This document shows, piece by piece, positions 23,763-36,125 of a stretch of 64,000 nucleotides of DNA (its first letter is position 1; each line of letters opens with the position of its first letter). The position numbers and the translations under genes are program-made. The stretch is from positions 5,557,053-5,621,052 of the forward strand of contig NW_003526941.1 of assembly GCF_000181795.1 (NCBI RefSeq), written 5' to 3'. Under the pieces are notes generated by a model, which searched no databases, was not told the origin of the DNA, and saw nothing but the letters and a program-made list of their open reading frames with translations. Origin of the DNA: Trichinella spiralis. Its lineage: Eukaryota.

Positions 23763-25561
23763 CTTGCGTACTGTAGTAGTGTTGCTTCAGAAATAAAATC
23801 AATCCAATTTTGAGAAATTTCAATTCGCTTCTCACAGATGCATATCACTTAATATTCAGATAAATTTAATTATAAATTTTAAGCATATTTGTGAATTTAA
23901 ATGACGCTGGTGAAAATATTCCAGGCGTAAATGTGACTAACTAGAAATTCTGAAAAGAATCGTTAAACATTATCAAATGAAAAACTACGTCACCAAGAAA
24001 GAACTATACATGGATGATATGCAAATATAGTATCTGTCATAATGTCAAAGAGAATTTCATTGAAACATTACAACAGAGAGAATATAATTTGACAGCTTTA
24101 AGAAATTTTGCAAAAATCGAATGCTAAATTTGTAGAACTTTGAAAACATTTTCATCACGTGTCGAAACAAATCGAACAACAACAACTGACAAATGGTGCA
24201 AAAATTACTTGGCAACTTTATTCATTCGTTCGTTTAACTGATTTTATGCTAAATAACCAACTACTACCACTACTTTACTTGAAATTAATTTACGCTTCCA
24301 GCAATTCAACTATCCAAATGCTCATGCATTTTCACCGAATTAACGACAAATAAACTCCAACTAAAATTAGCATCGGCACGAAGTATTTTTTCACTTAACT
24401 GTTGCCTATTAATGGAATGTGGATGCAAAAGAAATGAACACTTACTCCTTCATGTTGGAAATGATGCAACACGTGTTTCGACAATTTCCTAAAATGAATG
24501 CAGTGCTGCTGAAAAGGCCATTCTCTTTTTTTTGAAAGTGCAAAATTACACTAGAAACTAGAAATGAATTTGTCATTCACAAATAATGAACGCTCAATAA
24601 AATGTTAAAAAACAACTGTATTTACAATGCAAATAGAAATAACATTCTCTATAACTATGAAAAAATGATAAAACTGAAAGATAATCAAAAATAAAATTAT
24701 TATTTAAGAAAATCAATACAAACACGTACAGAACTGTCGAATAATTCGAAATCAACCGTACGTGAAAACAAAAGTCTAGAAGATATTTACAGATTCACAA
24801 ATTCGTGTTTTTCACAGGTAATTTATTAACTGCTATCAAATTTATAAATAAATATTAATAAATTCAATGAAATAATTTCCACAAAACCAGGCAACAATTT
24901 TGTAATTTATAACAACAATCAAGTTGTCCTGCTACGAACCAGTTTACTGTAAGTAACAAAACGTCTATCAGTTACCGTTAATGGATTTGTTGAATTAACT
25001 GAGTCTTCTTTGGTTGCATAATTTCAAATTTGTTAGCTGAAAATGTTTAAAAAAATCAATAAATAAAGCATGCAAAACAAGCATACGTTCACGTGATGCT
25101 TGTTACTAGCACGTGTGAGTTGCGCTTTCACTACAGGAAAATTATCAAAATGTTTTCCGTTGCAAACAAAGCAAGTGAACATCAACGCGAACAGGCTGAA
25201 TAATCGACGAAATGCTACGAGCAGATAGTGCCGGTCGATTGTTTGATTTGATGAATTTAATTGTTTCAAATGTTTACTTTAAGCAACTGATTTTTGTCCA
25301 GGCTATTTAGGAGATAGATGGATGAAATGGATAAATAGCTGCGGAATGTGTAGTAACTGCGAGGGAAATTGCCCTTCTTTTATGCACGTACAATTAAATT
25401 GACCAGCAGATTAAGAGTTTTCCACTGGTGCCGCAGAAGGCTAAATGCGAAGAAAACAATAAAAAAAGAAAGCGAAAAAAAAGATGAAGCAAGAATAAGC
25501 AGCATATATATACATATATATGAAGAAAAATCAAACGGAAAAAAACCATCTTTCGAAATTA

Positions 25562-28500
25562 TTAATCAGCAGCAGCAGCAGCAGCGTTGGTGAATTCTTT
25601 GTCTTTTTTCTGCACAGCCGCAGACGGACTCCAAGCCACCTCTTTGATACTGTTCAACGTTTTGCTGAACCAAGTCGACTTGTGCTGCTCTTGGCAAGCT
25701 GAGCAACGGTTCAACTGGTGCAACAGTTCCTGATTTCGACACTGGCACTGTACCAATTCCAATTTTGTGTGAGCCAATTCAAGCTGCAATAAATTCACCT
25801 GATCCGTCAGATCGTCGGACGGTGTTAGCTGGGATGAATCGAAATTCTGCCCTGTTCCAATCGCTTCTTCAAACTCTGCTTCAGCTTGCTGTCGACAAGA
25901 TTCCAACCTTGGACTGCAATTATCACAATCCGATGTGACATCCTTTAACAATAATCATTGATCAATTTGTAATTTATCAATTAATTAATTTCAAATTAAA
26001 TCAATCTCTCACTGAATATTGTCGAGTAACGTCAGTATGAACTTTCTGCAAACGTTCTAACCTCTTACTCAAATCTGAGCAAATCTAAATTCAAACAATT
26101 GTTAATAAATGATTCGATTGATTAATTGTAACATATATATATATATTCGGACCTGCTTGTAATCGTAGATGATGTTTTGAGCACGACGATTCTCTTCTTC
26201 CAATCTTGCAAATTCTCGATGGCACATTTCTTGAATCTGAAATTTTTTGAAAAAATTTCCACATTTCCACATTGTTGAATTATAAAATTTAATTAAACAA
26301 ATTAATTGCAAACTCACGCGCTTCCTTTCCTCTTGCTGATTACGATTGTCCTCTTGCAAATCTTTGCAAAGACGAGTCATCTTTTCCAACTGCACTTGCA
26401 ACGATTCAATATTCTCTTCAGCCTGAAAAAAAAAGAAAAACAGTCAAATAATAATCAAATAATACTAATATTATTTCCCATGATTTACCGCATCTAAATT
26501 TTTTCTCAAATTCACTTTACTTGTAACCAATTTTGTAGCTAAATCTTCGTTCTCACGTTCCAATCGCATCACGTCAGCCAACAATTTCATATTCTCCTTC
26601 TAACAAATAAATATTCACAATCAATTTTATATGCATAATTTCCAATCCCACTGCTAGCTGACTTGATAATGTTCGAGTGGATTTTCCATTTCCGCTTCTT
26701 GACGTTTCAGTTCCAAAAAATCTTCCTCATATTCGGTCACTTTGTCCACACTCACCTTCAAAAATGAAATCAAGCATAAGCAGGATAATTCCTTTTTTTA
26801 GAATAAAAAAATCACCCGCAATTTCACCGCACTCTGCACTAATTCCTTGGCAGTAGCCTCGGTTCGATATTTTCGAGGAAGCGCTACACGAAAATATTTC
26901 AATGCACCTTCAAAGTCCAACGATAGCAGTTCTTTCTTAGAAGCCTCGAAAAAGAAAGAATATTAAAAAAAATACAACAAATTCATCACTTCAGAGCTAC
27001 TACAAAGAAACTTACTTTCAGCAAGGCCAGGGCAATGTGAAAAATTGTATTCATACCCTGTAATAAACATTTTAAAAATAGTAAATAAACTGAAATCAAT
27101 TTGCTGAAAATTCTCTACCTCCAACAGAAATAAATCAATTATATGAAATACCATGGACAGGGGAAATTTGGCAGTGAATAAAGTGAGAAACCACTGCGAA
27201 GCGAACATGTGGGTTTCGATGTGAATTTCTTGAAAATGCTCGCTCAAATCAGGCAAATAGTCCTAAAATTTTGCATAGTAGATTGAAACAAAACACAGCA
27301 AACCTTTTCCGCAACAACGCACTTGCATAAGCCGAGTAAGCTGATAGAAGCGCAGATGGAGCGTCTCAAATCCTTGCTTAAACAAGTCGCGCAGACGGTA
27401 GTGATACATGATGCGCACCAGTACGCAAAACGCCTCCGCTTCGGACATCTGAAATATTTTACACCAAATTGACATTCTCTTCAATTTTGTTGTTTGAAAA
27501 AATTATATAATAACAAATTGCATACATGCAACAGAAGTGAAGCGGCAAGAAATGACAAGCCTTGACAATAGCCGACTTCTTCATCGTAGACAGCATAAGC
27601 CTAAAAAATTTGAAAATTTTTCATTCGATTGAAACAAAAAAAATGATAAAGCAATTGAATTTCTCACTTTGCTAATTTTGTACAGTGCATCTTGTCCCAA
27701 GCCACCAACTTGTTTGAAGTAATCATGCGCTGGAAAAGTTCTGTGAATATCTCTCACAATCACTTGTTCATTGGGACATTCCTAGAAAAGATATATGTAT
27801 TTCTTTTTTAAAAAAATTAATAATGAAATATAATCAATTCGATTGACTTTTGTTAACAATTGCGGGTAAGATTCCGACAGTTCAGGCTGTTGGAAACAGC
27901 CGGCAAGCATTTGCCAAACTTCACCACGAAGTGGATCAGGAACCCCGTCGCAGATCAACTGCGTCAACTGATCCGGCCGTTGGTTCAGATCTTCTTTCCA
28001 CAATGTCAAGCATTGATTCCATTCAGCAAGGACAGCCGCACTGTATTCTTGTTTCACTTCACCCGAACCGCTCAACAACGGTTCATCACTATCTGTTGCA
28101 ATTGAATTATAAAATTCAATACTGAAGTTATTAAAATTTACCGGATTCATTTTCGTCGTGTGGAGCGATCAAATTGGACAACATCCCTTTGGAACAGCGT
28201 CGAACCGACGACGGTGAAAGCAGACGTTGCCTCTGTGAATATGATTCGAAACAAATATCTTGCGGATCTAATGCCACTGCTTCATTGCCGTTCGGACACT
28301 GAACACGACAATAACAGATTTATAATTCAGTTTTTTTTAATTATTCAAATTTTGTAAAAATTAAATTTCATCCTCACAACAAATATTTACTCTATCACCA
28401 AACGCTACATATTCATTGTTGTTATATATAACTGTACTTGAGTTTCATATTACAAAAAAAACGAGAGTATCAGTTTCGATGCAAAATGGTGCAACTGAAT

Positions 28501-30156
28501 AAACATATAAATTACTGAATAAAAAATTCCAATTGCATACTTACCAGTCGAACTTTCAAATAATACCTCTCACAAACATCCCGATGTTTCCAAGACCAAA
28601 ATCGTTCGTTTTCGTCGAAAATTCTCACACGACAATCGACAACAAAACGCAACGGTTCTGGAATTGTACAGAAAACAATATCCGTGGCAACAGTCATATA
28701 AACCCTGGTTTCTGAAAAGAATCTAATTAGTCAGTTAATTAATTAATTAATTAATTAATTTTCTTTTCAAAATACCTCGAGGTGTTTCAGTGTTGAGAAC
28801 ATCAAAATGTGGAGACAAAGGATCCCAAACTGCACTGATTAAATAACCACCATTTTCTTTCGTTCGCATCGATTGCTTGAAAAGTTAATTAATTAAATTT
28901 TATATTTTGAAAAAACAAAAATTATAATTCGGAAATATTTACAACGTCAAGAAGCTGCATATCCACATGCTTGACGTTCCTTCCCGCAGCCAGCAGCAAT
29001 CCAAAACACCTGAAACACAGTAATAATTGGACATTAAACTGCAAGCTTGTTTGTTTGTTTGTTGCATCAGCAAATTGGATCACTTCTTCACTACTAGACG
29101 ATAAGGTCCAGAAACTTGGTTTATCAACAAAGAGATGTGCTTTTCACGTCCACGTCGAAGCTTGAAGCAAGTTTTCTCCTGCGGAGATGGCACCAACTGT
29201 CCTTTGTCATCCCTTTCCTGATTTGAATATTAAAAACTGACTTCAATTCAATTTAAAACACCAACAACAACATACCATAATATTTAAATGACCTTCCAAT
29301 TCAAAAGATAATACTCCACTGCAATTGCCGGCAACAAATGTATTCAAATGAGGAGATGCACCGTTGTTCGCGTTGTCAAAAATTCTCGCAAATTCTCCCA
29401 TAACACGTTCAATCTAACCTTTGAAAAATAATATCATTACCAGGAAAACAACAACAACAAAATAATAATAGTAATAATAAGCTTACAGTTGCCCTATCAG
29501 GTGCGCACAAAACGTGGCACTGATCCGATGATTCGTCAACAACTGACGTTGGCGAACGAAACGTAAAAGCCAAAAAACAGCGTTTCTGTTCCGACATTTT
29601 GGTGCAAAATAAAATCCGACAAACCGGAAAATCATCAACCAAATTTCCATCATTATCAAAAAACCTAAAACAAACAAATAAAAAAATTTCTGAAATAAAT
29701 AACAACTATAAAGTAAACAAATTTACTGAACAGATTGCTGGCAAGTGCTCGGCATGCGTACGGTCACAACCTGTGCTTGTAAGTCATCTTTGGCGCCAAG
29801 TAGTCGCACTATTTCGCGGATCAGAAATTCATTTTTCGGTTCAACTATATTTGAGCATCCATAATAAGTGAGCTGAACAAACAAAATATTAAATGCACGC
29901 AATTATTCTTTCAATACAATTATTATTATTCACTTACAGTTTCTTTGAATTCCTGATGATTTTGTTCATTGAAATTGCCTGATGACACAGCTAATAATAC
30001 AATTAAAATATAAATGAAATATAAATGATCATTTCAATTCAAATTAATAAATTGAAAAGCTTTAAATTTTCATGCTTCACAGCTTCTTACTAATGTAAAA
30101 AAAACTTAAATAAAATATTTTTACATTATAAAATTTACCATACCAACTGAGTCCAT
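25562..30156 (-). CDS. RABGAP1: Rab GTPase-activating protein 1-like (PTB/PID + TBC + coiled coil), multi-exon
   Basis: TBC motifs GVPDPLRGEVWQMLAG, IVRDIHRTFPAHDYF (R finger), GYCQGLSF (Q finger), MFASQWFLTLFTAKFPL; C-terminal LELAHTKLELVQCQCRNQEL; N-terminal PID-like exons. Start at 30156 is tentative. Confidence 0.9.
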
Positions 30157-31763
30157 TAAAAACAGCCTCGAATACCAGACAATTTAGATCATAAAGGCGC
30201 AGCCTGAAAACATGATTTACTTCAACACACACTGTAATTTCAACATAAATTATATTTTAAAGAATTTATTTATTCATTATTATATTTCAAAAGTGTACAT
30301 ACATGCAAAATGACTTGCAAATTCTTTTGCAATTTATAAGAATAAAATTCAGATTGAGATTAAGATTAAGTAGAACATAAATCTTCTTATCTTAACAAAA
30401 CAAGAAACATTTTCTAACAATATAAATACGATGGTTTTTATCCAGTCAATCTGTACAGTCATTGTCATTCTTACACATCAATTAATCATTTGATATCGAT
30501 ATCAGCGTAAATCAATCTATCAATCAATTTAGAAAAATAATTATTTAGCAAAACTGATAGAAAATAATGCTGCAAAACAGCTAGTAAAATAAAAAAACAA
30601 AAAAAATTTACTTCATAAAATTTAGTTGCCTTGAATTTATGAAACATTTCCTTGTACAAAAGTAATTATGAAAAACTTTTTACTAATCATTTAAAATTAT
30701 AATTATATTTATATATAAAATTTATAAAATTAAAATTATATTTATATATAATTATAATTAAAATCCTGGAATGCAGAACTTATAAATAAATAAATTAACA
30801 ATGAAACACAAAAAACAATGCCCACCAAATTATTAACTAAAATCACTTAATTCGAGAAGCTTAAACGGCGACTTCTACACATATTCAATACAGAACAATT
30901 TTAAATAAAACTGCAAAGATCATTTTATCAATACAAGTGAATTAAAAACAATTAAATAATTAAAAAATTTTTTACCTACAGTGATTTTTTTTGGAAGGCA
31001 CTCAGTTGATCAAAAATCAATGTCAGCATGCCATGAATACCGTGTTAGAAAATGCAGGATCAAATTTAAATTAAAAAAATATCCCTTTTACATAATTCAG
31101 TCTAGTACTAGTTTAAACTTGAATTATTTTTAATTTCTGAATGTCAGATAATGTTTGCATTTTATAAAAAAAATTTTTTCTCGACATTTAATTACGCAAT
31201 TTCATTTACCTGCATTTACTTTTACCGTATGTCTAATCGACAATGTTGTAGTAGACTTTTTTGTATTTGTAACAATTAACAACATTTTAACACAATATAC
31301 CTTTATATAATTGTCTAATTTTTTATATGTAAGTTACTTTTCAACTGTTATTAAAAGTTTATTTAAATGACATTCACATAAACTCATTATTTGAACATTT
31401 AATCATTATTTTTTAAAACTAATTTTTTTCATGAAATCTGTTTTCTGTATATTACGTATGTTTGAAAATAAAAAATTTTTTTTCGTATTTACCTTGCATA
31501 TTCATCTGCAGAAATCATTCACCGTTTAATGCAATTTGTAAATGAAGTAAACACACTTGTAATCAAGGAAGTTAATTTGATTTTTCAATTACTGTTTTTC
31601 CCCTTATTGTTTAATTATTTTTAAAGTTTTTTTGTCGTTGAAATGATGAAGATTGGTTTTTTGATTAGCTGAAAACAGAATCTCTTAGCGCTTGATATCC
31701 TTTTCAAATTTTAGAAATAGATTTTATATAATCAAGCCCTATTCAGTGCCTTCGAGTTGAACA

Positions 31764-32317
31764 ATGACAAGCTCAAAATCATACAAATATGTCAAACTTG
31801 ATACAGAACCGTCTACATCATTTGCTAGCCGTACAATTGAGCAACAAGAGGTTTGCGGTTCTTTTTTCTTTTGGTTATCCAACTGGATGGATTTTTTTTG
31901 CATACATTCATTTCAGCTAATTATTAAATCACAAGATGAAAATTTAGAAAAGATCGGAGCCAACGTACGCGTTTTGCGTGACATGAGTGCACAGATTGGA
32001 TTCGAAATTGAAGAGCAGTCGATGTAAATTTCCCCTTTTTTTGGTGAGAAGAGAAAATAATCCGTCATTGTATTTGAGAATGCTTGATGATTTGAATGCC
32101 GACTTGGACAGTACGCAGGCGAAAATGGCCACGGTGATGAACAAAATGGGAAAAGTGATGCACATGTCTGCTGGTAAAGAAGCTTCGATGCGTTTTCCTG
32201 ACGATTATGTATTTTTAAATTCGCTTTTCTCACGTTTCAGATAAACTTCAAACGTACATCATTGTTGCCTTGTTGGTGTTGTTGGCCGTTTTGATAATAA
32301 TGTTTGCCATTTTGTAA
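31764..32317 (+). CDS. STX6: Syntaxin-6-like Qc-SNARE, short form (SNARE motif + TM); 4 exons
   Basis: KYVKLD...QQELIIKSQDENLEKIGANVRVLRDMSAQIGFEIEEQSIMLDDL...VMNKMGKVMHMSADK plus a C-terminal TM (IIVALLVLLAVLIIMFAIL), matching the STX6 C-terminus. Confidence 0.85.
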
Positions 32318-33507
32318 ATTATTAAACCTGCACTAACAAGCTCTGTGCACTTTCTTGACTTATTGACACTGCTTTTAATATTTCAAAATTGTTTTACCAG
32401 AAAATAAATTATTTTCACTCAAAAATATATCTGAATTGAACAGAAGGATAAAAATTGTCCAAGAGCGCAGCAACCAACGCCAGAGAAGAATCAATGATCA
32501 ATGGGCCAAGAAACAGATTCTTCCTTTCCACGAAAAATTAAATAAAAATCACATTTATACATTGTTTCTTATGTTTAAATCGAGCACACACGCACATGCA
32601 CATATCAGTACAGCAAACTAGCAAATAGCAAACAATGTTCATTTTCCTTCTTCAACGTCTATCGCATATTTGATTTATTTAAAACATCGACCGCTCATGC
32701 CAATCTTACACATAAATGTTTGTTTACTCAATTTTAAATATTTTTACGAGAAAAATTTTTTTCAAAACTTATCCATTACTCGCATATAGAAATGACACTG
32801 ACTTACCTGATACGATGTTGCTTTTGATGGTTGACTTTGATTAGCAGCACGTAACGTTCATTCTCGTAGTTTCATCATCTTTTGTCAGGTGTTCATCTTT
32901 GAGGCGATCTGCCAATGATGAACATTAATGTCTTCACGGGTAGTGCATTAATATAAACTAAAAATTGCTTTTCATGAAAAGAAAACCGAAAACTCCAATT
33001 TGAATTATCAAAATGAACAATATCATAGCGGTAATAAAACATTCACAGAAGAATGTTACCTCCCACACACAAGTCATACATACCTTTTTGCACTACTTAT
33101 TTTTAATAAAAAATAAATTTCTGCTTAATATATACGACGTTGCATATATCAGTTGCATAACGCTTACAGCAGAATGGTAAAAGTAGGACGCTGGGATGGG
33201 CTAAAGTCAAACGCGATCAACCAATCAAAACATCGTGATAAGCAAACATTTCAAATATTGTTAATTATACTGATATAAACTTGATTGTCAAAATTTTATT
33301 ATACCGTATGCGCATACAAATAGTTTTAAGTAAGGCCTTTCGAAGGTTACTTATTTATTAAAAATGCATTCTCTAGTAGTATTTGGTTGTTGTTATTGAT
33401 TTTTTTGTATATTATTTATTATCTTTTCAAAATTTGCATGGTTTTCGTTATGCTATTTCTGATTGAAAAAGTTCTACACTGACCAAGAAATTACGAACCG
33501 AACCACG

Positions 33508-33970
33508 TTCAGCTAATTAATATTGAAAAGTAAGCGTTACCTGTGATTGGCTGATTTGGAAATAGCATGGTGGTTCTTTCGATTATACTACCCTCTGCGC
33601 GTCAATTAGATCCATGCTCAGACATGAATATATGGATATTTTGATTTTCTTTCTTCATCACTTGGGTTCAGACATTTCCCACACCATCGAACGCACTACG
33701 GATGTCGAAACCTTGCTACATTATTCCTTATCGCCAGACAGTGGTTACTGCTTCTGAATGAGTCGTCGACGAATGCTTTGAACGGCAAGTCAGACTGGCT
33801 TTCACGTTTGATAATAGGCATGGAAGTTTTAATTTTTGTCGACCATCCCTAATTTCTGTTTGTCTATGACGAAAAGAGAAAGAGGGAAGCGCAATCAGAA
33901 GAACGAGCATAGCATTTCCAAATCACACGATCACAGGTAATACCTGCTTTTCACCATTATTGAGCTGAAT
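33508..33970. mobile_element. Degenerate MITE-like element (~460 bp, ~80 bp imperfect terminal inverted repeats)
   Basis: ttcagctaattaatattgaaaagtaagcgttacctgtgattggctgatttggaaatagcatg.. (33508-33585) vs rc of 33892-33970 attcagctcaataatggtgaaaagcaggtattacctgtgatcgtgtgatttggaaatgctatg..; non-coding interior. Confidence 0.55.
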
Positions 33971-34130
33971 GTTACTTACCATTATTGTTCATGATTTCCA
34001 GTACTGTGTGACAATAAATCGAATGAATATGTTATGACTTACGAATAATGTAGTAGCATATTTCGTTTACAATCATCCTGTAAATTAAAAATGCTCTCAT
34101 CTTATTTCTTTGACATTTGTTTCAGAAAAC

Positions 34131-35646
34131 ATGGGGATTGGAATAGTTCTTTTCTCACTTTTCATCACAGTTGCGGGCCATCAGAAAGAGGTAGTAGATA
34201 GCAACGGCTATTTGGTTTACTGTCCATGCATGGGTAAATAAATAAACCTTTCCGTTTATTACCTTTTTTCCTGACACAAATGAAACGTTTTAGGTCGTTT
34301 TGGCAATCAGGTGGAACAATTTCTTGGGACGTTAAGTTTCGCTAAACACATCAATCGTACACTTGTTCTTCCTCCATTCATAGAATACGACTCTGGGAAA
34401 ACGGTAATTTTATTGTCCACTTTGTATAATGATGATAATAAAGTTCTAAGAACATTTTATTCCAATTTTAAGAAAATGATTCGCTTCACTGACTATTTCC
34501 AGTTGAAACATTTGCTAAAGTATCATCGAGCAATAGAAATGAGTCAGTTCATTCGAGATGTGGCTCCGATTATTTGGCCGATGAATCGTCGAATTGGTAG
34601 GCGCTTTAATTCCATTATTGCCAGTGTTAAATGTATTCAATGAGATTTTTCAGGATTTTGTTATTATGAAGGCAGTCACTCGAACGGATGTGACATGAAA
34701 TATGGAAATCCATTCCAAGTTTTCTGGGATTTATACAATGTTGATTTTGCCTCCTATGAAATATACAGCAAAAATGGTTTATCAACAGAGAGAACTCACT
34801 GGGATCTGTGGTTAGAACGGTAGGTCCAAGAGGTTAAATAATAAAGATTTATTTATTTAATAAGTTACTTTTCTAATACTTCTGAAGATATCCTGCCGAA
34901 AGTTATCCTGTATTAGCTTTCAAAGGTCCTCCCGGTTCTTTTCCTTCGAATCCAGAAGATCACGCTTTACAAAAATATTTAGTTTGGTCACCATACGTAC
35001 AAGACAAGGCTGACGCTTTTATCAGTGAAAATCTTCGAGGACAGCCTTTCTTGGGTGTGCACTTGCGCAACAACAAAGATTGGGTAAATAATTTATAGGG
35101 TTTTCTTTTTTTTTTTGCTGCTTTCGAAATTTAGCCATTTTTAGCCTAATGTCTGTCAGTATATCAAACCAAAGTGGCATCTGTTCTGTTCTTCACAGTG
35201 TTTGGGAAAACATTTCGAACACGGCATCATGACAATGGAGCTGTGCCTTCCTTCTGAAGAATTAATCTTATCCCAGGTGAAAGAGGCAATTGCTCGTACG
35301 GGTCTGAAAGTGCTGTTTGTTGCTTCTGAATATGATCACATGATCAATCAATTCACACAAATGTTGCCTAAAAAGCAAGGGGTAAGGTGATTTTTCTTTC
35401 TTCATTTGAATCGTACGGCTTTCTGTAAAATTTACACGCTCTTCTTGAATATAGTATACGGTAGTTCGACGATATCCAGATCATGCCCAGATCAGTTTGG
35501 CAATTTTAGCCAAATCGAAACTATTAATTTGCAACTGCCTTTCTTCATTTACTGCAATGGTTAAGCGTCAACGTGATCTGCAAGGCTTACCGACAGAATT
35601 CTGGGGTTTCAACAATACCGAAACGAAACAGCACAGCGAGCTATGA
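34131..35646 (+). CDS. POFUT1: GDP-fucose protein O-fucosyltransferase 1
   Basis: Signal peptide; [70 protein letters not shown]; C-terminal HSEL ER-retention-like signal. Confidence 0.95.
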
Positions 35647-36125
35647 GAACCGAGTGAAGCTTTAAAAATATTTGTTACTATACTCTGTAATGCTTCTGTT
35701 GCACAAAATGACAATGTGTGTGCGATTGATTCATATTCATTCTGAAAGAAAGACTTTTCAAAGAAGAAAGTATAAATAATAAATTAACATATATTTCGAC
35801 TATGATTAAAAGCGCAATATTCAGTTGAATGACGTTTATCAAGGCAATTTGTGTATGGATGGTACTTAGAATTGTGGATTTTTTTTATTTGTTCCAAAAG
35901 AACAGTATGTTCAAGTCTGCAACAGTATATACAGTTGAATAAGAAAAAGAATATACTGTTTTCCATTTTGAAAAGTCGACCAACCATGAAACAGTTAAGC
36001 AAGTGTTAAGCTTGTCAAAGTGGCATTGCAATTTCGTTCCAAATCTTCGTCTGAATCGCAATAGCTGAAACGAGGAGAATCACCTGCGCATTTTTGTATT
36101 AATTTTTCAAATTATTGTAATTTTA

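Noticed and set aside
32801..32930. acttacctg... as U1 snRNA or an upstream coding exon
   Set aside because: No U1 structure follows. On the - strand it is a plausible donor, but the frames I checked contain stops.
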